Assembly: GCA_965222155.1 (NCBI GenBank)
Contig: CBDCTH010000012.1
Span: 2,976,001 to 3,040,000 of the forward strand
Reading direction: 5' to 3'
DNA length: 64,000 bases
From: Gammaproteobacteria bacterium
GTDB lineage: Bacteria > Pseudomonadota > Gammaproteobacteria > Eutrophobiales > Eutrophobiaceae
Shown here: one piece after another, positions 22,558 to 32,298 of the stretch
Layout of the letters: each line of letters opens with the position of its first letter
Numbering within the stretch: the first letter of the stretch is position 1
The notes under the pieces: model-generated
What the model saw: the letters and a program-made list of their open reading frames with translations, nothing else
Databases searched by the model: none
What the model was told of the DNA's origin: nothing
Program-made: the position numbers and the translations under genes

Positions 22558-23238
22558 TCAAGAACTGTACGGCGCGGCGCGGGCCAGGCACCAAAGTTGC
22601 ACCTGTTCGCTGCCGTGGCGTTTCAGCAACCGAGCCAGTTCATTCGCGGTGGCGCCGGTTGTCAGAACGTCGTCCACGATGGCGACACTTCTGTAGTTGT
22701 TTGATTTTATTAAAGAAAAAGCAGACTTAACGTTTCTTTCCCGGTGTTCGGGGCGCAAGTCATACTGCTGCGCCGTGGCCTTGTGTCTTCGCACCAGACG
22801 ATCATCAACGGGCAGGAATAAATTTTGCGCGAGGACGCGGGCGATTTCCCTGGCCTGGTTGAATCCCCGGCTGCGCTGACGAGAACTGTGCAACGGCGTC
22901 GGTACAAGACAATCAGGCAGCTCAAAACATTCAAGCCTTATCCGCTCAATCAGAGGCCGGGACAGCGAACGGACCATATCCAGCCGCGCCTGGTATTTCA
23001 GTCTTTTTATCATCAGGTCTACAGGGTAGCGATACATGCTGCCGGCAATACAGCAATCAAACGCCGGGGGGCGAGCGAAGCAGCGGATACAGATGCCGGT
23101 ATCAGACGCCGGCACACCGCAACAAAGACATACTCCTGCAGGTCGGGACGGCAGATCTGTGTAACAATCCTGACAGAATTGGCCCGTTGCCGCGCCATCA
23201 AGGGCGCCGCAGAGAATGCATGGGCTACGGATCAACAT
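22558..23238 (-). CDS. comF: ComF family protein (double zinc ribbon plus PRTase domain)
   Basis: Four CxxC pairs, RGFNQA, IVDDVLTTGAT; divergent from bioB. Confidence 0.88.
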   Translation of the reverse strand: MLIRSPCILCGALDGAATGQFCQDCYTDLPSRPAGVCLCCGVPASDTGICIRCFARPPAFDCCIAGSMYRYPVDLMIKRLKYQARLDMVRSLSRPLIERIRLECFELPDCLVPTPLHSSRQRSRGFNQAREIARVLAQNLFLPVDDRLVRRHKATAQQYDLRPEHRERNVKSAFSLIKSNNYRSVAIVDDVLTTGATANELARLLKRHGSEQVQLWCLARAAPYSS

Positions 23239-23259
23239 GCCGGGTTATATTTGAAACTG

Positions 23260-23292
23260 TTGTCAGCCTGCATGGGAGGGAACAGTTGACAA
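23260..23292. promoter_or_regulatory. Putative BirA operator overlapping a TTGACA -35 of the bio operon
   Basis: TTGTCAGCC-N15-AGTTGACAA resembles the proteobacterial BirA box TTGTaAACC-N14/16-GGTTtACAA. Confidence 0.65.
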
Positions 23293-23321
23293 CTCTCGAT
23301 TCAACGATAACATATTGATCC

Positions 23322-24344
23322 ATGGTTACTGACGAAACAGTTTTAGGAATTGATCCGTTCCCTGCTCCAAGACACGACTGGAGCCTGGCAGAAATCTTAA
23401 CACTTTACCGGCAGCCGATGAATGATTTATTGCACCGGGCGCAGTCAGTCCACCGCAGTTGCTTCGACCCCAATGAAATTCAGTTAAGCACCTTGCTCAA
23501 TATCAAAAGCGGCGGTTGTCCGGAAGACTGTGCCTATTGCCCGCAGAGCGTGCGTTATAAAACCGGCGTGGAGAGTGAAACCCTGATGTCCTGCGAACAG
23601 GTGCTGGAAGCAGCCCGGCGCGCCAAAGCATCGGGCGCAGGCCGGTTTTGTATGGGCGCAGCCTGGCGCAGTCCGAAAGACAGGGATATCGACAAGGTCG
23701 CTGAGATGATCGCAGGGGTCAAGCAACTCGGGCTTGAAACATGTGTTACTCTCGGGATGTTGAAGCCCGGGCAGCCGGAACGCCTGAAACACGCCGGCCT
23801 GGATTACTACAACCATAATCTCGACACGTCCGAGAGCTTCTACGAAACGATAATCAGCACCCGGACCTACCAGGATCGGCTGGACACGCTGCAAGCAGTT
23901 CGTGATGCCGGGATCAATGTTTGCTGTGGCGGTATTATCGGGATGGGTGAGTCCGTTGACGACAGGGCCGCCCTGTTGCAAACGCTGGCATGCCTGCCCC
24001 AACACCCGGAGAGTGTGCCCATCAATACCCTGGTCCGGGTAACAGGCACGCCGCTGGCGGGAGAGGAAGAAACGGACCCCATGGAACTGGTAAGAACAGT
24101 CGCTACGGCGCGCATCCTCATGCCCCGCGCGTATGTACGCTTATCCGCGGGGCGTACTGAGATGAGCGATGCGACCCAGGCGCTGTGCTTTTATGCCGGG
24201 GCGAATTCCATTTTTTACGGAGACAAGCTGCTGACTACCGACAACCCGCAATTTTCCAGAGATCAATCCCTGTTTGAACGATTGGGGTTGACTGCCAGCA
24301 CGGATATTGCATCTGGAGAAGCGCCAGCCGCGCAGAATTTTTGA
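23322..24344 (+). CDS. bioB: Biotin synthase
   Basis: [11 protein letters not shown] radical-SAM motif, YNHNLDT, PESVPIN, RLSAGR. Confidence 0.96.
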   Translation: MVTDETVLGIDPFPAPRHDWSLAEILTLYRQPMNDLLHRAQSVHRSCFDPNEIQLSTLLNIKSGGCPEDCAYCPQSVRYKTGVESETLMSCEQVLEAARRAKASGAGRFCMGAAWRSPKDRDIDKVAEMIAGVKQLGLETCVTLGMLKPGQPERLKHAGLDYYNHNLDTSESFYETIISTRTYQDRLDTLQAVRDAGINVCCGGIIGMGESVDDRAALLQTLACLPQHPESVPINTLVRVTGTPLAGEEETDPMELVRTVATARILMPRAYVRLSAGRTEMSDATQALCFYAGANSIFYGDKLLTTDNPQFSRDQSLFERLGLTASTDIASGEAPAAQNF

Positions 24345-25525
24345 TGTCTGCTTCCACGCCGGCCGATCCTTTTTCACTGGCAAAAAGATTGGACGTAATC
24401 AAGTCCGCCGGCCTGTTCCGCACAAGACAAGTCATTGCTTCCGCGCAGGGCGCGCTTATCCATGCCGACGGCCGCCGGTACGTCAATTTTTCCAGCAACG
24501 ACTACCTTGGTCTGGCCAATGACGCCAGGCTGGTGGAAGCTGTTCAGTCCGCGGTCGCGGTCTACGGGGTGGGCAGTGGCGCTTCACAGCTGATCTGTGG
24601 CCGAAGCCGCGCCCACGAACAACTGGAACAGGCGCTGGCAGCACAACTGGGTCGCTCCCGGGCCGTGATTTTTTCAAGTGGCTACCTGGCCAACCTGGCC
24701 GTGATTACCGCCTTTGCCGCGCGCCGGGAGGATATCGTTGTAATGGACAGGGAAAGCCATGCTTCGCTGGTTGACGGCGCATTGCTGGCCCGGGCAAGCT
24801 TGCGCCGCTATGTGCATAATGACGTGACGGATCTGGAAAACCTGTGTTCGGAAAGCCGTACCCTGGTGGCAACGGAAGGCGTGTTCAGTATGAGCGGCAA
24901 TATCGCCGCGCTGCCTGACATTGTATCGGTTTGTGCAAAACGCCGCGCCTTGCTTGCTGTAGATGACGCGCACGGTTTCGGCATCCTGGGGAAAACCGGC
25001 GGCGGCGCGCTGGAGCATTTTTCTCTGGATCAGGACCAGGTTCCCATATTGATGGCGACGTTCGCCAAAGCCTGTGGCGTAATGGGGGCCTTCGTGGCCG
25101 GCCCGGAGGATGTGATAGAAACCATTATCCAGACAGGCCGGTCCTATATTTACACAACTGCCATGCCGCCGGCCCTTGCGGCAGCGGCAGCCAAAGCGTT
25201 GGCCATTGTGGCCCGGGAATCCTGGCGCCGCGACAAACTGCGGGGACTGGTGGACAGGTTTATCCGGGGAGCGAAGCAACTGGAACTGCCGCTATTGGCA
25301 TCGTCTACGCCCATACAGGGGTTTCTCGTCGGCAGTGCTGCGGCAGCTGTAACAGGTAGAGACTACGCCCGGGCCAGGGGGCTCTGGGTAAGCGCAATTC
25401 GCCCCCCCACCGTAGCGAAAAACACCGAGCGGCTCAGGATAACACTGACAGCCGGTCATAACGACGATCAGGTAGACCGGTTGCTCGACACGCTGGCGCA
25501 ACTGAAAAAGAAGTTATGGCCATGA
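24341..25525 (+). CDS. bioF: 8-amino-7-oxononanoate synthase
   Basis: [36 protein letters not shown]. Confidence 0.93.
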   Translation: MMSASTPADPFSLAKRLDVIKSAGLFRTRQVIASAQGALIHADGRRYVNFSSNDYLGLANDARLVEAVQSAVAVYGVGSGASQLICGRSRAHEQLEQALAAQLGRSRAVIFSSGYLANLAVITAFAARREDIVVMDRESHASLVDGALLARASLRRYVHNDVTDLENLCSESRTLVATEGVFSMSGNIAALPDIVSVCAKRRALLAVDDAHGFGILGKTGGGALEHFSLDQDQVPILMATFAKACGVMGAFVAGPEDVIETIIQTGRSYIYTTAMPPALAAAAAKALAIVARESWRRDKLRGLVDRFIRGAKQLELPLLASSTPIQGFLVGSAAAAVTGRDYARARGLWVSAIRPPTVAKNTERLRITLTAGHNDDQVDRLLDTLAQLKKKLWP

Positions 25526-26391
25526 TCGACGCCCCATTCCAGAGGGAAAAAGCCACAATACGGCGCAACTTCGACGGCGCAGCAGACAGCTATGACCAGG
25601 TTGCCGTACTGCAACAGATTGTTGGAGAGCACCTGTTGCAAAAGCTGGAGGCGATCAAACTGAAGCCGGCGCGCATTGTTGACCTGGGGTCGGGAACCGG
25701 CAGTTTATCCGTGCTGTTGGCCGGATGTTATGAGGCGGCCCATGTCCTGCAATTGGATCTTGCTTTTAACATGTTGTTAAAGTCCAGGCTCAAGAACAGG
25801 CCCGAAAGCCGGCAAAGCCTGCTTTGTGGTGACGCGGAACACCTGCCTTTGGCCGACAACAGCGTGGACTTTGCCTTCTCCAACCTGACGCTACAATGGG
25901 TCTCCCTGCTGGACCAGGCGTTTGCTGAGATTTATCGGTCATTGCGTCCCGGCGGGCTACTGCTGTTTTCCACGTTCGGTCCGGACACCTTGATGGAATT
26001 GCGCAACAGCTGGGCCAGGGTGGATGATTATGTCCATGTAAACGCGTTCACGGATATGCACGATGCAGGTGATGCGCTGGTACGGGCAGGGTTCGTCGAT
26101 CCGGTCATGGAAACTGAGACGTTTACCCTGGTTTATGACAGCGGCCGCGCGCTGATGCGGGAGTTGAAGACCCTCGGGGCGGGCAACGTGAACGCAGGCC
26201 GGAGCCGGTCACTGACCGGCAAACATAAACTTCAGGCTATGCTGGAGGAATATGTAAACAGATACGGAAATGATGGTCTGCCGGCAACGTTCGAAGCGGT
26301 TTACGGTCATGCCTGGGTGCCGGAAACCAAGCATATTCAACGGGAAGGGCAGGAGTTTCCCCTCACCTTCCGCAGGCATAGGGCGCCGTAG
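25516..26391 (+). CDS. bioC: Malonyl-ACP O-methyltransferase
   Basis: DLGSGTG SAM motif, FSTFGPDTL, HVNAFTDMHD.GD.L. Confidence 0.92.
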   Translation: MAMIDAPFQREKATIRRNFDGAADSYDQVAVLQQIVGEHLLQKLEAIKLKPARIVDLGSGTGSLSVLLAGCYEAAHVLQLDLAFNMLLKSRLKNRPESRQSLLCGDAEHLPLADNSVDFAFSNLTLQWVSLLDQAFAEIYRSLRPGGLLLFSTFGPDTLMELRNSWARVDDYVHVNAFTDMHDAGDALVRAGFVDPVMETETFTLVYDSGRALMRELKTLGAGNVNAGRSRSLTGKHKLQAMLEEYVNRYGNDGLPATFEAVYGHAWVPETKHIQREGQEFPLTFRRHRAP

Positions 26392-26395
26392 CAGC

Positions 26396-27088
26396 ATGCG
26401 CAACCTGTTTGTAACCGGTACCGATACCGGTGTCGGGAAAACCTGGGTGACACTTGCATTAATGGTGCAGTTTCAGGCACGAGGTCTGATAGTGAACGGC
26501 ATGAAACCAGTCGCCAGCGGCAGCCTGTTGCAGGAAGGGCAACTGAGAAACCCGGATGCCGTGCTGATCCGGAATCAATGCAGTCGGACAGTCCCCTATC
26601 AACAGGTAAATCCTTACGCATTCACGGAACCGGTTGCGCCCCACATTGCCGCACAGAAACAGCAGGTTGAGGTGAATATGCAACGTCTGGCAGCATCATT
26701 TTACGACTTGGCCGACGCGGCCGACAACATTATTGTGGAGGGGGTCGGCGGCTGGCGGGTAGCGTTGTCAGAGGGGATACAAACGGAAGACCTGGTACGG
26801 CGGTTGAATTTAGCCGTTGTCCTGGTGGTAGGGTTGCGTCTCGGTTGCATCAACCACGCGTTGCTTACGGCTGAATCCATACTCGCGGCAGGGCTGCCCT
26901 TCGCCGGCTGGCTGGGGAACGGCATTTGCCGTGATTATGCGGAAAAGCAGGCAACCCTGGATTACCTGTCCCGACAAATTCCGGCCCCGTACCTGGGAAA
27001 TATTCCCTGGTTGGATTATTATAATCCGGAGAAGATTGGCGCCGCGATCGAGATCGATAGACTGTTCCCCGGAGCCGTACAGGAATAA
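26396..27088 (+). CDS. bioD: Dethiobiotin synthase
   Basis: FVTGTDTGVGKT, MKPVASG, VEGVGG, LGCINHALLT; start placed at MRNLF. Confidence 0.94.
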   Translation: MRNLFVTGTDTGVGKTWVTLALMVQFQARGLIVNGMKPVASGSLLQEGQLRNPDAVLIRNQCSRTVPYQQVNPYAFTEPVAPHIAAQKQQVEVNMQRLAASFYDLADAADNIIVEGVGGWRVALSEGIQTEDLVRRLNLAVVLVVGLRLGCINHALLTAESILAAGLPFAGWLGNGICRDYAEKQATLDYLSRQIPAPYLGNIPWLDYYNPEKIGAAIEIDRLFPGAVQE

Positions 27089-27268
27089 CAGCGAAATCGG
27101 CAGGCAGAGACAGCTGAATCGCCAGAAGAAGCGGGAACAAGCTGGATTATATAACGACACACTTGAATAATCGCGGGACTCTTATTATCCTTTTGCAACA
27201 TTTGCAATGTCAGGATGTAAAAAGTGTTGCGGTTGGGCTAACGGGTTGACATTGACGGATATAAGTGC

Positions 27269-27751
27269 ATGATCCATGAACTGAAAGCCTCGCAGGATCA
27301 GCGGCGCACCTTTGTGATTGCGCCGAACCAGTCGATGTCGTGGAAGGAATTGCTGTGGGCATACTGCAGTATAGCGGGGGTCTCCCTGGCTATTGCAATT
27401 TACTTCTGGGTACGGGGACTGACCCTGGTATTGCCGTTTTCGGGGTTGGAGTTACTGGCACTGGGCGCGGCACTCTATATAACCGCCTGGCGTGGTGGCG
27501 CGCGGGAGGTTATCACGATTACCGTTGACTCCGTACATGTGGAAACGGGCCGCACCGGGCCGCAGTTGCGCCATGACTTCCAGAGATACTGGACCAGGGT
27601 CGTGTTGCGGCGCCCCTGGGTCGCCTGGCATCCGAGTAAACTGTTGCTGTGTTCCCGCGGCAGGGAAATCGAGGTTGGCCGGTTTCTCAATGAAGAGGAA
27701 CGCAGGGGGCTGGCAGAAGTTTTACGATCTGCAATAAACCGACACGCCTGA
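27269..27751 (+). CDS. DUF2244-type membrane protein
   Basis: PNQSMS, VLPFSGLE, EVGRFLNEEER; usual position upstream of coxB. Confidence 0.8.
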   Translation: MIHELKASQDQRRTFVIAPNQSMSWKELLWAYCSIAGVSLAIAIYFWVRGLTLVLPFSGLELLALGAALYITAWRGGAREVITITVDSVHVETGRTGPQLRHDFQRYWTRVVLRRPWVAWHPSKLLLCSRGREIEVGRFLNEEERRGLAEVLRSAINRHA

Positions 27752-27796
27752 TGGTGTGGAGCATAAGATGATAACAATGACGCTGAGGAAAACAGC

Positions 27797-28936
27797 ATGT
27801 CTGGTAGAAACATGAAACTTTTTTTGGGAGCGATTATTTCCCTGCTGTTATTGATAATGCAGCCGGCATGGGCGGAATACGGTCTGAACCTGCCGGAGGG
27901 CGTGACCCCACTGAGTCGTAATATATACGACCTGCACATGACGATATTTTATATTTGTTGCGTCATTGCCGCGCTGGTTTTCGGGATTATGTTCTGGTCC
28001 ATTTTCCGCCACAGGAAAGCCCGCGGCGCACAAGCCGCCCAGTTTCACCACAACACCACAGTGGAAATCATCTGGACCGCGATCCCGATGCTTATCCTGA
28101 TCCTCATGGCCATTCCCGCCACCAAATCCCTGATAATGATCGAATCCACCGGTGATTCCGACCTGACCATCAAGGTAACCGGTTATCAATGGCGCTGGCA
28201 TTATGAGTATATCGATGAGGAATTCGGCTTTTTCAGCAGCCTGGCGCCGGAAAGCAATGAGGCCAGACAACTCAAGTCAGGCATTGATCCCAACGAGATA
28301 GAAAACTATCTGCTTGAAGTGGATAATCCCGTCGTCGTGCCGGTTGGACAGAAAATCCGCTTTATGACCACGGCCGCGGATGTCATCCACTCCTGGTGGG
28401 TACCGGCCCTGGGCTGGAAGCGTGATTCCATTCCCGGGTTCATCAACGAATCCTGGGCTATTATTGAAGAGGAAGGCACTTATCGGGGGCAATGTTCGGA
28501 GTTATGCGGACGCGACCACGCGTTCATGCCGATTGTCCTGAAGGCCGTCAGCGAAGACGAGTATTATGAGTGGGCGGGGAATATGATGGTGACGGCTATG
28601 GATGCTGACGCCGGGGCCGACCGCGATTGGGCTATGGCTGAGTTAATGGAGCGCGGCGAGCAGGTATACAGTACGTTTTGTGTTGCCTGTCACCAGGTCA
28701 ACGGGCAGGGCATCCCCGGCGCATTCAAACCCCTGGTCGGCAGTCCCGTCACCACGGGGCCGGTGGAAGGCCATATTGATACCGTAATGAACGGGGTGGC
28801 CGGCACTGCCATGGCGCCGTTCGGCATGCAACTGGGTGACGTGGACATTGCTGCGGTGATCACCTACGAACGCAATTCCTGGGGCAATGACTCCGGGGAA
28901 GCGGTTCAGCCGTCAACAATCGCCGCCAGCCGCTGA
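27797..28936 (+). CDS. coxB: Cytochrome c oxidase subunit II with C-terminal cytochrome c domain
   Basis: DVIHSW, CuA motif CSELCGRDHAFM, haem motif CVACH. Confidence 0.95.
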   Translation: MSGRNMKLFLGAIISLLLLIMQPAWAEYGLNLPEGVTPLSRNIYDLHMTIFYICCVIAALVFGIMFWSIFRHRKARGAQAAQFHHNTTVEIIWTAIPMLILILMAIPATKSLIMIESTGDSDLTIKVTGYQWRWHYEYIDEEFGFFSSLAPESNEARQLKSGIDPNEIENYLLEVDNPVVVPVGQKIRFMTTAADVIHSWWVPALGWKRDSIPGFINESWAIIEEEGTYRGQCSELCGRDHAFMPIVLKAVSEDEYYEWAGNMMVTAMDADAGADRDWAMAELMERGEQVYSTFCVACHQVNGQGIPGAFKPLVGSPVTTGPVEGHIDTVMNGVAGTAMAPFGMQLGDVDIAAVITYERNSWGNDSGEAVQPSTIAASR

Positions 28937-28977
28937 CGCATTGCGGAACCGAGAACAGAGTACACGAGGGTAACAGC

Positions 28978-30579
28978 ATGAGCTACGCTGCAACGCATGA
29001 ACATCACCACGATGATCACGATCACAAGCCTGCCGGCCTGGGCCGTTGGCTGTTTTCAACCAACCACAAGGATATCGGCACCATGTACCTGGTGTTTGCC
29101 CTGATCATGTTCTTTATCGGCGGCGCCATGGCCATGGTGGTACGCGCGGAGTTGTTCCAGCCGGGCCTGCAGTACGTGGACCCGCAGTTCTTTAATGCCA
29201 TGACGACCATGCACGCGCTGGTCATGATATTCGGCGTGATCATGCCCGCCGGTGTAGGGCTGGCCAACTGGATGGTACCCATGATGATCGGCGCGCCAGA
29301 CATGGCGCTGCCGCGCATGAACAATATGAGTTTCTGGATCCTGCCGTTTGCCTTTACCATGCTGCTGTCAACGTTCTTCATGGAGGGCGGCGCGCCGGCA
29401 GGTGGCTGGACCATGTATCCGCCCCTCATAACCCAACTTGGCGACGGCTTCCCGTTCCTGATTTTTACCGTGCATTTTCTTGGTATTTCTTCCATCATGG
29501 GCGCTATTAACATCATCGCTACCGTGTTCAACATGCGCGCCCCGGGTATGGGCTTTATGCAATTGCCGCTGTTCGTATGGACCTGGATCATTACCGCGTT
29601 CCTGCTCATCGCGGCGATGCCGGTACTGGCCGGCGCGGTGACCATGCTGTTGACGGACAAGTATTTCGGCACCAGCTTCTTCGCTGCGGCCGGCGGCGGC
29701 GACCCGATCATGTTCCAGCACATTTTCTGGTTCTTCGGCCATCCGGAAGTGTATATCCTGATCCTGCCGGCGTTCGGCATCGTCTCGCAGATTATTCCGA
29801 CATTTTCCCGCAAACCCCTGTTCGGTTACGTGTCCATGGTGTATGCCACCGCGGCCATTGCCTTTCTGTCGTTTTTTGTCTGGGCGCATCACATGTTTAC
29901 CGTGGGCATGCCCCTGGCCGGCGAGTTGTTCTTCATGTATGCGACCATGTCCATCGCCGTGCCTACCGGGGTCAAGGTCTTCAACTGGATTGCCACCATG
30001 TGGCGCGGCGCCATGACGTTTGAGACCCCCATGCTGTTCGCCCTCGCCTTTGTGTTCCTGTTCTCCATCGGCGGGTTTTCCGGGTTGATGCTGGGGATCA
30101 CCCCTGCGGACTTCCAGTACCACGACACCTATTTTGTCGTTGCCCATTTTCACTATGTGCTGGTTACCGGCGCCCTGTTTGCCCTTATGGGAGGCGCGTA
30201 TTTCTGGCTGCCCAAGTGGACCGGCCACATGTATGACGAGACGCTCGGGAAAATCCATTTCTGGATTTCGGTCATCTCGGTCAACGTACTGTTTTTCCCA
30301 CAGCACTTCCTGGGACTGGCAGGCATGCCACGGCGTATCCCGGATTACGCCGTGCAATTTTCCGAGTGGAACATGATTTCCAGCATCGGCGGTTTTGTTT
30401 TCGGGATCAGCCAGTTGCTGTTCGTCTGGATTATCATCAAGTGCGTGCGCGCGGGCAAAAAGGCGGACGAGCGGGTATGGGAAGGAGCGCGGGGCCTGGA
30501 GTGGACGTTGCCGTCGCCGCCGCCGTTCCATACGTTTACCGTTCCGCCCAAAGTGGATGCGACTGCTACACATTCATGA
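28978..30579 (+). CDS. coxA: Cytochrome c oxidase subunit I (A1 type)
   Basis: TNHKDIG, WFFGHPEVY, WAHHMF, VAHFHYV. Confidence 0.97.
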   Translation: MSYAATHEHHHDDHDHKPAGLGRWLFSTNHKDIGTMYLVFALIMFFIGGAMAMVVRAELFQPGLQYVDPQFFNAMTTMHALVMIFGVIMPAGVGLANWMVPMMIGAPDMALPRMNNMSFWILPFAFTMLLSTFFMEGGAPAGGWTMYPPLITQLGDGFPFLIFTVHFLGISSIMGAINIIATVFNMRAPGMGFMQLPLFVWTWIITAFLLIAAMPVLAGAVTMLLTDKYFGTSFFAAAGGGDPIMFQHIFWFFGHPEVYILILPAFGIVSQIIPTFSRKPLFGYVSMVYATAAIAFLSFFVWAHHMFTVGMPLAGELFFMYATMSIAVPTGVKVFNWIATMWRGAMTFETPMLFALAFVFLFSIGGFSGLMLGITPADFQYHDTYFVVAHFHYVLVTGALFALMGGAYFWLPKWTGHMYDETLGKIHFWISVISVNVLFFPQHFLGLAGMPRRIPDYAVQFSEWNMISSIGGFVFGISQLLFVWIIIKCVRAGKKADERVWEGARGLEWTLPSPPPFHTFTVPPKVDATATHS

Positions 30580-30588
30580 CAGGTGCGC

Positions 30589-30720
30589 GTGGACAGGGAA
30601 CCCGACAACAATGAAAGTGAACTCGTTGCCCGCCGCCGCAAGGCAAATGTGCGCCTTGCCCTGTTGCTGGCCCTGGTCGCGGCTGTGATATATTTCGGGT
30701 TTATACTGAGCCATTTATAG
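30589..30720 (+). CDS. Small single-TM cytochrome oxidase-associated protein (43 aa)
   Basis: Below the ORF-track cut-off; manual translation (M)DREPDNNESELVARRRKANVRLALLLALVAAVIYFGFILSHL; fills the coxA-ctaG gap. Confidence 0.7.
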   Translation: MDREPDNNESELVARRRKANVRLALLLALVAAVIYFGFILSHL

Positions 30721-30727
30721 TCTCATC

Positions 30728-31279
30728 ATGTCCGATAAAAACGTCAACAGGACCGTACGCAAGCTGCTTCTCGCAGCAGTCGGCATGTTCGCCTTCGGCT
30801 ATGCGCTGGTGCCGCTCTACCGGGTTTATTGCGACCTTACCGGGCGCGGCAGCAACAACGCCGTCGACGAAACTGTAGCCGCGCTGAGCGAGATCGATGC
30901 CGAGCGCCTGGTGACGGTGGTCCTGGATACCAATACCAGGGATATTCCCTGGACGTTCAAGGCTGAGCGGCACAAGAAAAAGGTCCGCCCGGGAGAATTG
31001 TCCGAAGCTGTGTTCGTGGTTGAAAACCTCTCCGGACGGACGGTAACGGGACGTGCGATACCCAGTGTCTCGCCGGTACAGGCGGGCATGTATCTCAGCA
31101 AGTTGGACTGTTTTTGCTTTTCCGAACAGGTCCTGGCACCGGGGGAAACCAGGGTGATGCAGGTAAGGTTTATTGTCGATACCGATTTACCGGAACGGTT
31201 TTCATCGCTGACGCTGTCGTATACCTTCTTTGACGTGGGGGACAGGGCGGCAGACGGCACACGAGAAGCCAATTCCTGA
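30728..31279 (+). CDS. ctaG: Cytochrome c oxidase copper chaperone CtaG/Cox11
   Basis: MFAFGYALVPLY, CFCF motif, LTLSYTFF. Confidence 0.93.
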   Translation: MSDKNVNRTVRKLLLAAVGMFAFGYALVPLYRVYCDLTGRGSNNAVDETVAALSEIDAERLVTVVLDTNTRDIPWTFKAERHKKKVRPGELSEAVFVVENLSGRTVTGRAIPSVSPVQAGMYLSKLDCFCFSEQVLAPGETRVMQVRFIVDTDLPERFSSLTLSYTFFDVGDRAADGTREANS

Positions 31280-31313
31280 TAACGAAAGACGCTGATAAAT
31301 TCGAGGAACACAC

Positions 31314-32228
31314 ATGTCAAATCCGCAAGACACCTATTTTATCCCTGAACCCAGCAAATGGCCGGTGATATTTTCCCTGGCCCTGTTTCTGGCCTTCTGC
31401 GGCACGGCGTTCATGTTTAATCAATACCTGGCTACAGGCCAGATGCCGGGCTTCGGTTCGCACTTGTTATTGCTGGGATTTATCGCCGTTTTCTACATGT
31501 TTTTCGTCTGGTTCAGGGATGTGATCGGTGAAAGCCTGAGCGGCGTTTACAACAAACAGGTGGATATCAGTTTCCGCTGGGGCATGGTGTGGTTCATTTT
31601 TTCGGAAGTGATGTTCTTTGCGGCGTTTTTCGGCGCCCTGTTCTATGCCCGGGTTTACTCCGTGCCCTGGTTGGGGGGAGAAGGGGCCGGGGCTGCAACC
31701 AACGAATTTCTCTGGCCGTCCTTTGACAATGTCTGGCCGTTAATGACGACCCCGGATATGACGGTAGAGGGCCTGAGCAGTAAATTTACTGAAATCAAGG
31801 AGGTCATCCCGGCGTTCGGCATCCCCGCGATCAATACCATCATTCTGCTTTCCAGCGGCGCAACCGTGACAGTTGCCCACTGGGCGCTGAAAAAGAACCA
31901 GCGCACCGGGTTATGCTGGTGGTTGTTTGCTACCGTATTTCTGGGGTTCCTGTTTGTATTTTTACAGGCTGGCGAGTACATCCACGCCTACCATGAGCTG
32001 GGTCTGACCCTGAACTCCGGCATATACGGCTCCACTTTCTTCCTGCTGACCGGCTTCCACGGGTTCCACGTGACCATGGGCGCCACCATGTTGACCGTCA
32101 TCCTGCTGCGCGCCATCAGGGGACATTTCACCAAGGAAAATCACTTTGCGTTTGAGGCGGTAGCCTGGTATTGGCATTTTGTTGATGTTGTCTGGCTGGG
32201 CCTGTTCATTTTTGTTTACTGGTTGTAA
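31314..32228 (+). CDS. coxC: Cytochrome c oxidase subunit III
   Basis: WFIFSEVMFF, TGFHGFHV, WYWHFVDVVW. Confidence 0.95.
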   Translation: MSNPQDTYFIPEPSKWPVIFSLALFLAFCGTAFMFNQYLATGQMPGFGSHLLLLGFIAVFYMFFVWFRDVIGESLSGVYNKQVDISFRWGMVWFIFSEVMFFAAFFGALFYARVYSVPWLGGEGAGAATNEFLWPSFDNVWPLMTTPDMTVEGLSSKFTEIKEVIPAFGIPAINTIILLSSGATVTVAHWALKKNQRTGLCWWLFATVFLGFLFVFLQAGEYIHAYHELGLTLNSGIYGSTFFLLTGFHGFHVTMGATMLTVILLRAIRGHFTKENHFAFEAVAWYWHFVDVVWLGLFIFVYWL

Positions 32229-32298
32229 TCGCACTATCTCCCTGCGGGATCGGCCGCTTTCGGACAGGGCGCGGCAGCAGACAGGAAATACGGGCTAG

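Noticed and set aside
29022-30573. Long antisense ORFs over coxA (also over hppA, leuS, the transposases and the TonB receptor)
   Set aside because: Shadow frames of GC3-rich genes with no recognisable motifs.
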